NCBI GenBank assembly: GCA_045579745.1
Contig: JAZNMQ010000046.1
Coordinates: forward strand, 15,301-79,300
Source of the DNA: Candidatus Flemingiibacterium sp.
GTDB lineage: Bacteria; Bacillota; Clostridia; Oscillospirales; CAG-272
Reading direction: 5' to 3'
Length of the DNA stretch: 64,000 nt
The notes beneath the pieces are model-generated. The model was not told the origin of the DNA, did not search any database, and saw nothing but the letters and a program-made list of their open reading frames with translations. Both the position numbers and the translations under genes were made by a program. Below, piece after piece: positions 8,289 to 18,263 of the stretch; position 1 is the first letter of the stretch, and each line of letters starts with the position of its first letter.

Positions 8289-11200
8289 ATGGAACGAAAC
8301 GTATTTGATTCAGTTAAAATCGGTCTTGCTTCTCCCGAAATGATAAGAAGCTGGTCTTATGGCGAAGTAAAACGCCCTGAGACAATCAACTATAGAACTC
8401 TCAAAGCAGAACGCGACGGTTTATTCTGCGAGCGCATTTTCGGTCCGACAAAGGACTGGGAGTGCCTTTGCGGAAAGTACAAGCGTGTTCGCCATAAAGG
8501 CAAGATCTGCGAGAAGTGCGGCGTTGAGGTTACAACCAAAAAGGTACGCCGTGAGAGAATGGGACATATTGAGCTTGCTGCACCTGTATCGCATATTTGG
8601 TACTTCCGTGCAATCCCCTCAAGAATGGGTCTGCTGCTTGATATTACACCAAGACTTCTCGAAAAGGTTCTGTATTTTGCAAGCTATATCGTAATTGATC
8701 CCGGTGCTACCGAGCTTGTAAAAATGCAGCTTCTCAACGAGCGTGAGTATCAGGAGAATATTGAAAAGTACGGCAGAGATGCATTCAAGGTCGGCATGGG
8801 AGCTGAGGCTATCAAGGAGCTTCTTGCGGAAATTGATATCAATGCACTTTCCGAGAGCCTTCATGCTGAGCTCGAGACTGCATCCGGACAGAAGAAGATC
8901 CGCATAATCAAGCGCCTTGAGGTTGTCGAGGCGTTCAAAAAGTCGGGCAACAAGCCTGAATGGATGATTCTTGATGTTGTACCGGTAATCCCACCAGATA
9001 TTCGTGCGATGGTACAGCTCGACGGCGGACGCTTCGCATCGAGTGACCTTAACGACCTTTACAGACGCGTTATCAATAGAAATAACCGTCTGAAAAGACT
9101 TATTGAGCTCTCTGCGCCCGAAATTATCATTCGCAATGAAAAGCGTATGCTTCAGGAAGCTGTTGACGCGCTTATTGATAACGGCCGCCGCGGAAAGCCC
9201 GTTACCGGTCCGAACAACCGTCCTCTCAAATCTCTTTCCGAAATGCTTCGCGGTAAGCAGGGACGCTTCCGTCAGAACCTTCTCGGTAAGCGTGTTGACT
9301 ACTCCGGACGTTCGGTTATCGTCGTAGGTCCTGACCTTAAGATCTTCCAATGCGGACTTCCTAAGGAAATGGCACTTGAGCTCTTCAAGCCGTTCGTTAT
9401 GAAGCGCCTTGTTGAAACTCAGAAGGCAACAAATATTAAGGATGCTAAGAAAAAGGTTGAAAAGGTTGACGTTGTAGTTTGGGACGCTCTTGAGAATGTA
9501 ATCAAGGAACATCCGGTTCTTCTCAACCGTGCGCCTACACTTCACAGACTGTCAATTCAGGCGTTTGAGCCGATTCTCGTTGAGGGCAGAGCAATTAAGC
9601 TTCACCCGCTCGTATGTACAGCATTTAATGCAGACTTCGACGGTGACCAGATGCCGGTTCACGTTCCGCTTTCGGCAGAAGCGCAGGCAGAGGCGCGTTT
9701 CCTTATGCTTTCTGCAAACAACCTCTTGAAGCCTGCTGACGGCCGCTCGGTAACGGTTCCGTCACAGGATATGATTCTCGGTTCATATTATCTGACTATC
9801 GACCGCGAGGGTGAACCCGGTGAGGGAACTGTTTTCCGCGATTTTGATGAAGCTGTAATGGCTTATGAAAATCATCTTCTCGGTATTCATGCAGCGATCA
9901 AGGTTCGCGTATCCCGTGAAATTGACGGCGTTATGCACACCGGAATTATCGATGCTACTCTCGGACGTCTTATATTCAATCGCGAGATTCCTCAGGACCT
10001 CGGCTTCGTTGACAGAAGCGATCCTTCAAAGCTTCTCGACCTTGAAATTGCATTCCCGACAAAGAAGAAGGACCTTGGTAAGATCATCGACCGTTGTATC
10101 AAAAAGCATGGTCCTGCAGTTACCGCTCAGGTGCTTGACAGCATCAAGGCGATGGGCTTCAAGTATTCTACAAAGTCCTCGCTCTCTATATCTGTTGCGG
10201 ATATGACTATTCCGCCGGAAAAATATACAATCATTGCTGAGGCTGAGAAGGAAGTTCTCAATATTACAAAGCACTTCCAGCGTGGTTTGTTATCTGAGGA
10301 CGAGCGTTATAACAGCGTTATCAAGATTTGGGACCAGGCAACAAAGGATGTCGTTGAGGCACTTCAGGCAAAATTCGACCGCTATAATCCTATTAAGATG
10401 ATGAGCGATTCGGGTGCCCGCGGTAACCTGACACAGATGCGTCAGCTTGCCGGTATGCGCGGACTTATGTTCGCAACAAACGGTAAAACCATGGAAATGC
10501 CGATTAAATCGAACTTCCGTGAAGGTCTTAATATTCTTGAATATTTCGTTGCGGCACGCGGTGCGCGTAAATCTCTTTCGGATACCGCGCTTAAAACAGC
10601 TGACTCCGGATATCTTACCCGCCGCTTGGTTGACGTTTCTCAGGATGTTATCGTTCGCGAGGACGACTGCGGAACACGTCACGGTATTTGGGTATCCCAG
10701 ATTGTCGATGGAAACGAGGTTATCGAGCCGCTCAAGGACCGTCTTATCGGCCGCTTCGTAATCGGAGATGTTGTTCATCCCGAAACCGGCAAGGTAATCG
10801 TTGCGGATAACACGATGATTACTGACGATACTGCCGACGAAATCGTTAATGCAGGAATTGAAAAGGTTCTTATCAGAACGATTCTCGAATGTAAGGCTAA
10901 GCATGGCGTTTGCTCGCATTGCTACGGTGCAGACCTTGCTTCCTCAAAGCCTGTTAATGTCGGTGAGGCTGTTGGTATCATCGCGGCTCAGTCTATCGGT
11001 GAGCCCGGTACACAGCTTACGATGCGTACATTCCATACCGGTGGTGTTGCGGGTGCGGATATTACGCAGGGTCTTCCGAGAGTTGAAGAGCTCTTTGAGG
11101 CTCGCAGACCGAAGAAGACAGCTATCGTATCTGAGATTTCCGGCGTAGCTCGTATTTCAGATAACAAGCGCCTCAGAACAGTTACAGTTTCGGGCGGCGG

Positions 11201-11837
11201 AGATACAGAGGATGTTGCATATCCGATTCCGTTCGGTGTTCGCGTTATCATTGAGGACGGTCAAACGGTTTCAGCCGGTCAGGCTATCACAGAGGGTTCA
11301 GTCTGCCCGACAGATATCCTTCGCATTAACGGACTCGACGCGGCTTATGATTATATCATCCGCGAGGTTCAGAAGGTTTACCGCTTGCAGTCTGTTGAGG
11401 TTAACGACAAGCACATCGAGGTTATTGCGCGTCAGATGACTCGTAAGACAACGGTTGTTGATGCAGGTAATACCACATTGCTTGCAGGTTCTGTTGTCGA
11501 TTTGCTCGAGCTCGAGCGTGAAAACGAAGCAGTTCAGGCAAGAATCGATGCAGGTGAGATCGACCTCAAACTTGCTACGGGAACGCCGGTACTCCTCGGT
11601 ATCACCAAGGCAGCGCTCCTTACAGATTCGTTCCTTTCGGCGGCATCGTTCCAGGAAACCACAAAGGTTCTCACAGAGGCTGCTATCAAGGGCAAGGTTG
11701 ATAATCTCCTCGGCCTCAAAGAAAACGTTATTATCGGTAAGCTTATTCCTGCCGGAACCGGCATGGAATGCTACAGAAATATCGAGATTGGCAAGAGCGA
11801 AGATAACATCTCCGCTGTTACAGGAGAAGCTATATAA
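8289..11837 (+). CDS. rpoC: DNA-directed RNA polymerase subunit beta'
   Basis: RpoC hallmarks: zinc finger [23 protein letters not shown] and catalytic [12 protein letters not shown] 8289 follows GGAGAAGGA. Confidence 0.97.
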   Translation: MERNVFDSVKIGLASPEMIRSWSYGEVKRPETINYRTLKAERDGLFCERIFGPTKDWECLCGKYKRVRHKGKICEKCGVEVTTKKVRRERMGHIELAAPVSHIWYFRAIPSRMGLLLDITPRLLEKVLYFASYIVIDPGATELVKMQLLNEREYQENIEKYGRDAFKVGMGAEAIKELLAEIDINALSESLHAELETASGQKKIRIIKRLEVVEAFKKSGNKPEWMILDVVPVIPPDIRAMVQLDGGRFASSDLNDLYRRVINRNNRLKRLIELSAPEIIIRNEKRMLQEAVDALIDNGRRGKPVTGPNNRPLKSLSEMLRGKQGRFRQNLLGKRVDYSGRSVIVVGPDLKIFQCGLPKEMALELFKPFVMKRLVETQKATNIKDAKKKVEKVDVVVWDALENVIKEHPVLLNRAPTLHRLSIQAFEPILVEGRAIKLHPLVCTAFNADFDGDQMPVHVPLSAEAQAEARFLMLSANNLLKPADGRSVTVPSQDMILGSYYLTIDREGEPGEGTVFRDFDEAVMAYENHLLGIHAAIKVRVSREIDGVMHTGIIDATLGRLIFNREIPQDLGFVDRSDPSKLLDLEIAFPTKKKDLGKIIDRCIKKHGPAVTAQVLDSIKAMGFKYSTKSSLSISVADMTIPPEKYTIIAEAEKEVLNITKHFQRGLLSEDERYNSVIKIWDQATKDVVEALQAKFDRYNPIKMMSDSGARGNLTQMRQLAGMRGLMFATNGKTMEMPIKSNFREGLNILEYFVAARGARKSLSDTALKTADSGYLTRRLVDVSQDVIVREDDCGTRHGIWVSQIVDGNEVIEPLKDRLIGRFVIGDVVHPETGKVIVADNTMITDDTADEIVNAGIEKVLIRTILECKAKHGVCSHCYGADLASSKPVNVGEAVGIIAAQSIGEPGTQLTMRTFHTGGVAGADITQGLPRVEELFEARRPKKTAIVSEISGVARISDNKRLRTVTVSGGGDTEDVAYPIPFGVRVIIEDGQTVSAGQAITEGSVCPTDILRINGLDAAYDYIIREVQKVYRLQSVEVNDKHIEVIARQMTRKTTVVDAGNTTLLAGSVVDLLELERENEAVQARIDAGEIDLKLATGTPVLLGITKAALLTDSFLSAASFQETTKVLTEAAIKGKVDNLLGLKENVIIGKLIPAGTGMECYRNIEIGKSEDNISAVTGEAI

Positions 11838-11844
11838 CTTTATT

Positions 11845-11877
11845 AATGCGGCAGCTGATTTTCAGTTGCCGCATTTT
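11845..11877 (+). terminator. rho-independent terminator after rpoC
   Basis: AATGCGGCAGCTG, loop ATTTT, CAGTTGCCGCATT (one mismatch), followed by TTG. Confidence 0.7.
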
Positions 11878-11909
11878 GCATGTAAATTAAGATTTTTTTG
11901 AAAAAATGC

Positions 11910-11940
11910 TTGACATTTACCTTGGGTCGAATGGTATACT
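11910..11940 (+). promoter_or_regulatory. promoter of the MerR-family gene with 19-bp spacer
   Basis: TTGACA (11910-11915), 19 bp spacer, TATACT (11935-11940). The spacer contains an imperfect dyad TTTACC-N11-GGTATA. Confidence 0.6.
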
Positions 11941-11963
11941 GAACGCGAAAGGAGGTAAATAAC

Positions 11964-12941
11964 ATGCGGATGAAGGAAATTTGCGCCGCTACCGGATTGA
12001 CCGACAGAGCTGTTCGCCTGTATATCGAGAATGGTCTTGTTCATCCCGAAAGACAAACGAGCTATAGCGGACGCGACAGCATAAGCTTTAGTCAGCACGA
12101 CCTTGAAGCACTAAAGCAAATTGCGATTTTACGCAAGGCGGATTTTTCCATAGCACAAATCAGCCGAATGCAGAGAGAACCCGATTCCATCGGTGAAATA
12201 ATCGAAGAGCACCGTAATAGGCTCAGTCAAGAGCTTGAGCAAAAAACAGCGCTGTTAAAGCTCATCGACGAAATTAAGGACGATAAGTCGAATCTGTCCG
12301 AGCTTGAATCACTAACAAAGGCATTATCGTCTTCGGCTGAAACACAAATCTTACCAAAGGAGGATAATATGATGACAAGACATGAAATGAATCGAAAAAC
12401 CGTTCGAAAAATACTTATGCCTATAACATTGGCGGCATCGCTTTGGGGAACAATCGGCATGGCGAGCCTTATTATTAATGTTTTGAGATATTCGGGCGGT
12501 ATAACCTTAAAACCAGGTGGTGGTTATTTGTATGAGAATAATTTTTCATCTGATTTGCTGATAAGAAATTTTCCGTATTTGCTTGGACTTGCGTTCTTTG
12601 TCGGTATGTTAGTCCTGCTTGGACTATTCATTTGGCGAATGGACAAACGGCTTCTGCTTGCGGCATACGGCTGTATGCTCGTCGGATGCGTAATTATCGG
12701 TGCTACCTCGATATATATGTCGAAGCTAAGCGGTTCTGCAACGGTAAGCGGAAGTCTGTATTTGGCAGAATTTATGGCGGCACGGTATGGATGGCTCGGC
12801 AATAGTGCTGCATTTATGACGGGAAGTGTTTTCGGAGAAATAATCATTCGTGCTGTGAAATATGTTCCGTTTGTAATAAGCGGAATACTCGGTGTTGTGA
12901 GTGCCGCAATGCTCAGGAGAGAAAACAACACCGAAAAATAA
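11964..12941 (+). CDS. MerR family transcriptional regulator with C-terminal multi-pass membrane domain
   Basis: N-terminal MerR HTH (MKEICAATGLTDRAVRLYIENGLV ... FSQHDLEALKQIAILRKADFSIAQI), then a coiled-coil-like linker, then about 4 hydrophobic segments from residue 150. AAAGGAGG lies 8 nt before the ATG. Confidence 0.8.
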   Translation: MRMKEICAATGLTDRAVRLYIENGLVHPERQTSYSGRDSISFSQHDLEALKQIAILRKADFSIAQISRMQREPDSIGEIIEEHRNRLSQELEQKTALLKLIDEIKDDKSNLSELESLTKALSSSAETQILPKEDNMMTRHEMNRKTVRKILMPITLAASLWGTIGMASLIINVLRYSGGITLKPGGGYLYENNFSSDLLIRNFPYLLGLAFFVGMLVLLGLFIWRMDKRLLLAAYGCMLVGCVIIGATSIYMSKLSGSATVSGSLYLAEFMAARYGWLGNSAAFMTGSVFGEIIIRAVKYVPFVISGILGVVSAAMLRRENNTEK

Positions 12942-12956
12942 ATCAAAGAAACAGTC

Positions 12957-12986
12957 GGACCGCCGCGAAATGCGGCGGTCTTTTTC
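12957..12986 (+). terminator. rho-independent terminator after the MerR-family gene
   Basis: GACCGCCGC, loop GAAAT, GCGGCGGTC, followed by TTTTT. Confidence 0.8.
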
Positions 12987-13060
12987 GCGCATTATTAATC
13001 ATTTGAAGGCTGTTATATATTATATCGCTTTACATCGTTAAAATATGAGCAAATTTACTA

Positions 13061-13089
13061 TTGACATCAGCACGAGAAAGGTTTATAAT
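13061..13089 (+). promoter_or_regulatory. sigma-A-type promoter of serC-serA
   Basis: TTGACA (13061-13066), 17 bp spacer, TATAAT (13084-13089). Confidence 0.7.
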
Positions 13090-13140
13090 ATATGGTATAA
13101 GTTTATACCACGAAAAGTGGAATTTATGGAGGTAAGTGTA

Positions 13141-14226
13141 ATGAATAGAGTTTATAATTTCTCTGCAGGTCCTTCCATGCTCCCGATGCCTGTGCTTGAA
13201 AAAGCGGCATCTGAGCTCGTAAATTACGGCGATGCAGGTATGTCGGTAATGGAGATGAGCCATCGCTCCCCGGTATACGAGGCAATTATTCAAAAGGCTG
13301 AGGCTGATCTTCGCAAGGTCATGAATATTCCGGATAACTACAAGGTGCTCTTCCTTCAGGGCGGTGCATCCACGCAGTTCGCGGCAGTTCCGCTCAACCT
13401 CATGAAAACAGGCAAGGCTGACTACATTGTGTCCGGTCAGTTCTCAGGCAAGGCTCAGAAGGAAGGCGAAAAGTACGGCGAAGCAAAGATAGTAGCTTCT
13501 TCTAAGGCTGATAATTTCACCTATATCCCCAAGACTGAACGCGAAAGCTTCAGCCCTGATGCAGATTACGTTCACATCTGCTTTAACAATACTATTTACG
13601 GAACAAAGTTCAACTATATCCCCGACACAGGAGATATTCCGCTGGTTGCTGACATGTCCTCCTGCATCATCTCCGAGCCGGTTGATGTTACAAAGTTCGG
13701 TGTTATCTATGCAGGCGCACAGAAGAATATGGCTCCCGCAGGCTTGACTGTAGTTATCGTTCGCGAGGATCTTCTCGGAAATGCTCGCCCCGAAACTCCC
13801 TCTATGCTTGATTGGAAGCTTATGGCTGATAACGATTCCATGTATAATACTCCTCCTTGCTATGCAATTTACATGGCAGGTCTTGTATATGAGTGGATCC
13901 TCGGTCTTGGCGGACTTGAAAAGATGAAGGAAATGAATGAGAAGAAGGCAAATCTTCTTTACGATTATCTTGATTCTCAGGATTATTACATTGCTCCCGT
14001 TAAGAAGGAGTCTCGTTCAATGATGAACGTGACCTTCGTAACAGGTGTTGAGGAGCTCGACAAGAAGTTCCCGAAGGAAGCAGAGAAGGCTGGTCTTATG
14101 AACCTCAAGGGTCACAGATCTGTTGGCGGTATGAGAGCATCCATCTACAATGCTATGCCTTACGAGGGCGTTGAAGCGCTTGTTGAATTCATGAAGAAAT
14201 TCGCCGCTGAAAACCCCAAGAAATAA
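13141..14226 (+). CDS. serC: 3-phosphoserine/phosphohydroxythreonine aminotransferase
   Basis: MNRVYNFSAGPSMLP is the canonical SerC N-terminus. ATG 13141 is preceded by GGAGGT. The track ORF start at 13045 lies inside the promoter. Confidence 0.92.
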   Translation: MNRVYNFSAGPSMLPMPVLEKAASELVNYGDAGMSVMEMSHRSPVYEAIIQKAEADLRKVMNIPDNYKVLFLQGGASTQFAAVPLNLMKTGKADYIVSGQFSGKAQKEGEKYGEAKIVASSKADNFTYIPKTERESFSPDADYVHICFNNTIYGTKFNYIPDTGDIPLVADMSSCIISEPVDVTKFGVIYAGAQKNMAPAGLTVVIVREDLLGNARPETPSMLDWKLMADNDSMYNTPPCYAIYMAGLVYEWILGLGGLEKMKEMNEKKANLLYDYLDSQDYYIAPVKKESRSMMNVTFVTGVEELDKKFPKEAEKAGLMNLKGHRSVGGMRASIYNAMPYEGVEALVEFMKKFAAENPKK

Positions 14227-14315
14227 GAGTATACCCAAACTAAAAGCTCAAACCTGAGCAGAACGGTTTTATCGACTGAAAATAATCAGCCGAAATTCCC
14301 AAAGAAAGGACGCTT

Positions 14316-15533
14316 TTGCCAAGCAAAAGCAATGCACATACAATGAAAAATATTCAACTGCTTAATAAAATCGCAAAGTGCGGTACAAATATTTTTGATA
14401 ATTCCTACACTGTAGCTGAGGATGTAAGCAATCCTGATGCAATAATGGTTCGTTCGGCAGTGATGCATGACATGGAATTTGGCGACAACCTCAAGGCTAT
14501 CGCAAGAGCGGGCGCAGGTGTTAACAACATTCCACTCGAAAAATGTGCTGAACAGGGTATCGTAGTTTTCAACACTCCCGGCGCAAACGCAAACGGAGTT
14601 AAGGAAGCCGCTATCTGCGGAATGCTTCTCGCATGCCGTGATATCGTTGGCGGAATCAACTGGGTTAAGACTGTTAAGGAAGATCCCAATGTTGCAAAGC
14701 TCGTAGAGAAAGAAAAGGCTAAGTTCGCAGGAACTGAAATCAAGGGCAAAACCCTCGGCATCATCGGTCTTGGTGCAATCGGAGGACCTCTTGCAAACGC
14801 AGCGGTTGCTTTAGGAATGAATGTTCTCGGATGCGACCCGTATATATCCGTAGAAGCTGCATGGAATCTCTCTCGCTCAGTTCAAAAGGTCAACACCCGC
14901 GAGGAAATTTTCAAAAATGCTGACTTCATTTCTATCCACACTCCGCTTATCGACAATCCCGATCCTGCTGTTGCTACCAAGTATATGATTAACAAGGACA
15001 CAATCGCGATGATGAAGGATGGCGTTATCATTCTTAATTTCGCCCGTGATGCTCTTGTAAACGACGATGATATCGAAGCGGCACTCAAGTCGGGCAAGGT
15101 CAGACGTTATGTAACCGACTTCCCGAATGCCCGTACAGCAGGCATGGAAGGCGTTATTGCTATCCCTCACCTTGGTGCTTCTACCGAGGAGAGCGAGGAC
15201 AACTGCGCAGTTATGGCGGCAAAACAGCTCCGTGAATATCTTGAAAACGGCAACATCGTTAACAGCGTAAACTTCCCGGATGTTTCGATGCCTCATAATG
15301 GCGATGTTCGTATTTGCGTGCTTCATAAGAATGTACCCAACGTAATTTCTCAGATTTCCAGCGCAATATCCGCTGAGAATATTAATATTGAGAACATGGC
15401 GAATCGTTCAAAGAAGGATTACGCATACACAATCGTTGAAATTATCGGCGAGGTTGCTGATGATACCATGGCAAAGATTACTGATAAAATCAATGCAATC
15501 GAAGGTACCATCAGAGTAAACATCATTAAGTAA
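14316..15533 (+). CDS. serA: D-3-phosphoglycerate dehydrogenase (short type with C-terminal ACT domain)
   Basis: 2-hydroxyacid dehydrogenase NAD motif GIIGLGAIGG and an ACT-like tail. Directly downstream of serC. The start is ambiguous: TTG 14316 has AAAGGA 5 nt upstream, while ATG 14343 (MKNIQLLNKI) looks more homolog-like. Confidence 0.88.
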   Translation: MPSKSNAHTMKNIQLLNKIAKCGTNIFDNSYTVAEDVSNPDAIMVRSAVMHDMEFGDNLKAIARAGAGVNNIPLEKCAEQGIVVFNTPGANANGVKEAAICGMLLACRDIVGGINWVKTVKEDPNVAKLVEKEKAKFAGTEIKGKTLGIIGLGAIGGPLANAAVALGMNVLGCDPYISVEAAWNLSRSVQKVNTREEIFKNADFISIHTPLIDNPDPAVATKYMINKDTIAMMKDGVIILNFARDALVNDDDIEAALKSGKVRRYVTDFPNARTAGMEGVIAIPHLGASTEESEDNCAVMAAKQLREYLENGNIVNSVNFPDVSMPHNGDVRICVLHKNVPNVISQISSAISAENINIENMANRSKKDYAYTIVEIIGEVADDTMAKITDKINAIEGTIRVNIIK

Positions 15534-15544
15534 TTTCCAAAATA

Positions 15545-15581
15545 AAAAAGTTGCATGATGAAAATCATGCAACTTTTTTTC
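15545..15581. terminator. bidirectional terminator between serA and the nucleoside hydrolase gene
   Basis: GTTGCATGAT, loop GAAA, ATCATGCAAC, flanked by an A-run upstream and a T-run downstream. Confidence 0.85.
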
Positions 15582-16493
15582 TTATTTTGTGAGAGCTTCA
15601 CAGTAGCGTTTCAGGTTTTTATGGAAAATATCCCATGTAGCCGCATTATCAATATCATAAACGCGAAGCATCTGACCGACGGTTTTTGTGTGGTCAAAGA
15701 ACATGAATTGATCCATTGTCGGTGCAGGGATTATCTCACTCGTGCCAATCTCGGGAGCTATCATCCATACGATATCTCCGAGGTCATAAAAGCCTTTGCT
15801 GTCTGTTTGGCACTCTTTCCACGGATGATTCATTCGATAATTGTGAAGATATGCTCCGACGGGCTCCAATGTTCCGATGAAATTCTTATCGTAATCGACC
15901 GAGCAGCGGATGTTTGTTCCTGTGTCAAACCAAACGAGAGGGACATTTTTTGCAAGAAGTGTGCGTGCCGCATGAATATCTCCCATAACATTAAACTGCT
16001 TGGAGCGCTCGGGCCAACTGTATTCGCTTCTTGAGTGGAATACATAGCGCACCTTCGGAATAATTGTCGGGTCTTTAAGTATCGCCGATGCGAGATTTGT
16101 AGCGGCACCGAGTCCAACCACCCAAAGTGGATCATTTTCGGTCGAGGCGTGCGCGCGTTCGATTATAAAATCTACGCCCTCACCCTCGCTCGGATAGCCG
16201 TAATAGCTTATCGGATCTGCGCTTTTTTTTATCGTATATTTGCCTGAAGCGCCTGCGATTTCGAGGAACTCGCTGAGCAGGTCGTAGGATTTTTGAATGC
16301 TCTTTGGGCCCGGGCAGCTGTTGTTGAAATGGGTTGCAATAAATCCCTCGATTTTAAAGCGTTCCGGCGTGGCAATCGCAAGTGCAACTGCATATAAATC
16401 ATCGAGCTCGTTTGCGAAATCTGTGTCGATTATTACTCTGAGCTGTTTCTCCTTAGACGGAAGCTCGGGGATTATTCTATCGGTGTTGTTCAT
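15582..16493 (-). CDS. nucleoside hydrolase (IUNH family)
   Basis: RVIIDTDFANELDDLYAVALA is the N-terminal Asp-cluster (DxDxxxDD-type) motif of inosine-uridine-preferring nucleoside hydrolases. Start set at ATG 16491-16493 after GGAGGAG. Confidence 0.85.
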   Translation of the reverse strand: MNNTDRIIPELPSKEKQLRVIIDTDFANELDDLYAVALAIATPERFKIEGFIATHFNNSCPGPKSIQKSYDLLSEFLEIAGASGKYTIKKSADPISYYGYPSEGEGVDFIIERAHASTENDPLWVVGLGAATNLASAILKDPTIIPKVRYVFHSRSEYSWPERSKQFNVMGDIHAARTLLAKNVPLVWFDTGTNIRCSVDYDKNFIGTLEPVGAYLHNYRMNHPWKECQTDSKGFYDLGDIVWMIAPEIGTSEIIPAPTMDQFMFFDHTKTVGQMLRVYDIDNAATWDIFHKNLKRYCEALTK

Positions 16494-16810
16494 TTTCTCC
16501 TCCGATGAGTAAAGATTTACAGCTTTATTATACCATGAAGCAAAAATGCTTGCTTGAACGGGCATTTTGCAAAGCCGTCAAGGGCGCATCCGCGCAAAGC
16601 GCGAAAGGACGAAGCCCGAAGAACTGCGAGAGCAGGGCTTATGTGTATATTATAGCATATATTTTGTGCTTTGTATATAAAATCATTTAAATTTACAAAT
16701 AAAACGAAAAATTATTGATATATATTTGTAATTCAAATCAAAGCCTCGGTTCATACTAATATAGAATAAGCGCATGCGCGTTTATTTGAAATTATGATTG
16801 GAGAATAAAA

Positions 16811-17476
16811 ATGTTTAAACACGAAAAGCAATTCTTTCATCCGGTTGGAATTGAAAAGCCCAATCCCCAGTATGCCGTACTGCTTCAAGAACAGCTTGGC
16901 GGTGGAAACGGAGAATTAAAGGCGGCAATGCAGTATATGTCGCAGAGCTTCAGGATTAAAGACCCTGAAATCAAGGACCTTTTTCTTGATATTGCGGCAG
17001 AGGAGCTTAGCCACATGGAAATGGTTGCGCAGACGATTAACCTTTTAAACGGCCATGATGTTGATGCGATGTCGGTCCCGGCTGGAGAGATACAGACGCA
17101 TGTTTTGCTTGGATTGAATCCCGGACTGATCAACTCGTCGGGATATTCTTGGACAGGAAATTATGTTACTGTAACGGGCGATCTTTGCGCAGACCTGCTG
17201 TCAAACATTGCATCTGAACAGCGCGCAAAGGTGGTTTATGAGTACCTTTACAGACAGATTTCTGACAAGAAGGTCCGAGAAACGATTGATTTTCTGCTTA
17301 ATCGCGAGGAAGCGCATAACGCCATGTTCCGCGAGGCATTCAACAAGGTTCAGGATACAGGCTCAAATCGCGATTTCGGCACGACAAAGGCGGCACGAAT
17401 GTATTTCTCAATGAGCGAGCCGTCGCCGAATTCGGAGCTTTCCGAGGTCGAGAGCAAGCAAGTTGCATTCAAATAG
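16811..17476 (+). CDS. manganese catalase family protein (CotJC-like ferritin fold)
   Basis: LQEQLGGGNGELKAAMQYMSQSF and AAEELSHMEMV are di-metal ligand motifs of the Mn-catalase/CotJC family. Confidence 0.85.
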   Translation: MFKHEKQFFHPVGIEKPNPQYAVLLQEQLGGGNGELKAAMQYMSQSFRIKDPEIKDLFLDIAAEELSHMEMVAQTINLLNGHDVDAMSVPAGEIQTHVLLGLNPGLINSSGYSWTGNYVTVTGDLCADLLSNIASEQRAKVVYEYLYRQISDKKVRETIDFLLNREEAHNAMFREAFNKVQDTGSNRDFGTTKAARMYFSMSEPSPNSELSEVESKQVAFK

Positions 17477-17481
17477 CAGGA

Positions 17482-17513
17482 AAAGAGGAGAACGCTTATG
17501 CATTCTCCTCTTT
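17482..17513. terminator. bidirectional terminator between the Mn-catalase and ANT-like genes
   Basis: AAAGAGGAGAA, a 10-nt loop, TTCTCCTCTTT. Overlaps the last codons of the minus-strand ANT-like gene. Confidence 0.65.
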
Positions 17514-18263
17514 AAAAATTTGTCGGATTTCGTTTAGCATATACACAGCAAATCCATCGAGATTCGAATCGAACACAACGGATTGCCCCGAATAGGCATT
17601 CAATGCTGTATATATCAGAGAATGATAATTCGTCGGCAGATGCGCAAGTCCCCATGTGCCGCCTTGCTCCTTGGAAAGAACACCGTCACCTCGCAGATAT
17701 GCGAGCACGCGACAGAGATTGAGTGTCATGTATGTGGGATTCTTTACGATCTCCTCGCGCGCTTTTCCGACATCGAAGATAAGACTGTCTATATAATCCC
17801 TGCGCGGCACATCGCCGAATAATTCTGCGACAGAGGGACCGCACAGAGTTAACCCCACTGCTCTCAACACGGTGAAGTGCGCAGCGAGATCCTTATCAAC
17901 GCCACGCATACCTCGGCAGTACGCGGCAATGTCGGTCGTCGCCTTTTCGCGATGCGAGATCGAGTAGTGCAGTTCATACGGCGTCGGATAGACAAACTCA
18001 CGGCAGTACTGCTCGAGCACGACGCTCATCTCGAATCCTTTTGCAGGCGCATGAGGTTCGAGATCAAGAAGTACGCGAATCATTTGAATTCGCGCAGCCT
18101 CGCTCGGAGCTGTGTTAACGATTACAATGAAATCGAGATCGCTGACGTTCGGATTGTAGCATCCGAATGCCAAAGATCCGTGTATGTACATTCCTACGAA
18201 TGCGCCGCCGAGTATATGTGCATACTCGGCGGCAATTTTCTTTAAAAGTTCAAGTTCAGACAT
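17496..18263 (-). CDS. aminoglycoside nucleotidyltransferase-like protein (ANT(3'')/ANT(9) architecture)
   Basis: 255 aa. NTase motif HGSLAFGCYNPNVSDLDFIVIV (G-S ... D-x-D) plus an alpha-helical C-terminal half, colinear with AadA/Spc-type enzymes. The start overlaps the upstream gene's stop by 8 nt. Confidence 0.7.
   Translation of the reverse strand: MSELELLKKIAAEYAHILGGAFVGMYIHGSLAFGCYNPNVSDLDFIVIVNTAPSEAARIQMIRVLLDLEPHAPAKGFEMSVVLEQYCREFVYPTPYELHYSISHREKATTDIAAYCRGMRGVDKDLAAHFTVLRAVGLTLCGPSVAELFGDVPRRDYIDSLIFDVGKAREEIVKNPTYMTLNLCRVLAYLRGDGVLSKEQGGTWGLAHLPTNYHSLIYTALNAYSGQSVVFDSNLDGFAVYMLNEIRQIFKEENA

Noticed and set aside
5253-10919. Long antisense ORFs inside rpoB/rpoC (5253-5834, 6966-7748, 8619-9545 and 10290-10919, all minus strand).
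   Set aside because: These are shadow ORFs opposite highly conserved coding sequence. Their translations are low-complexity and Ser/Arg/Leu-rich, with no SD or promoter. The same applies to the antisense ORFs in smc, topA, leuS, the Gfo genes and others.
12987-13140. T-box or other riboswitch upstream of serC-serA.
   Set aside because: The promoter at 13061-13089 leaves only a ~50-nt leader with one small hairpin. That is too short for a T-box or any known amino-acid riboswitch.
15555-16034. 159-aa plus-strand ORF after serA.
   Set aside because: It starts inside the bidirectional terminator and is antisense to the well-supported nucleoside hydrolase gene.
16700-16810. Sporulation sigma (SigE/SigK-like CATACTAAT) or PerR-box upstream of the Mn-catalase/CotJC-like gene.
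   Set aside because: The -10-like CATACTAATA does not fit the CATA-N3-TA spacing cleanly. No matching -35 element or TTATAAT-N-ATTATAA PerR box was found, so there is not enough to call.
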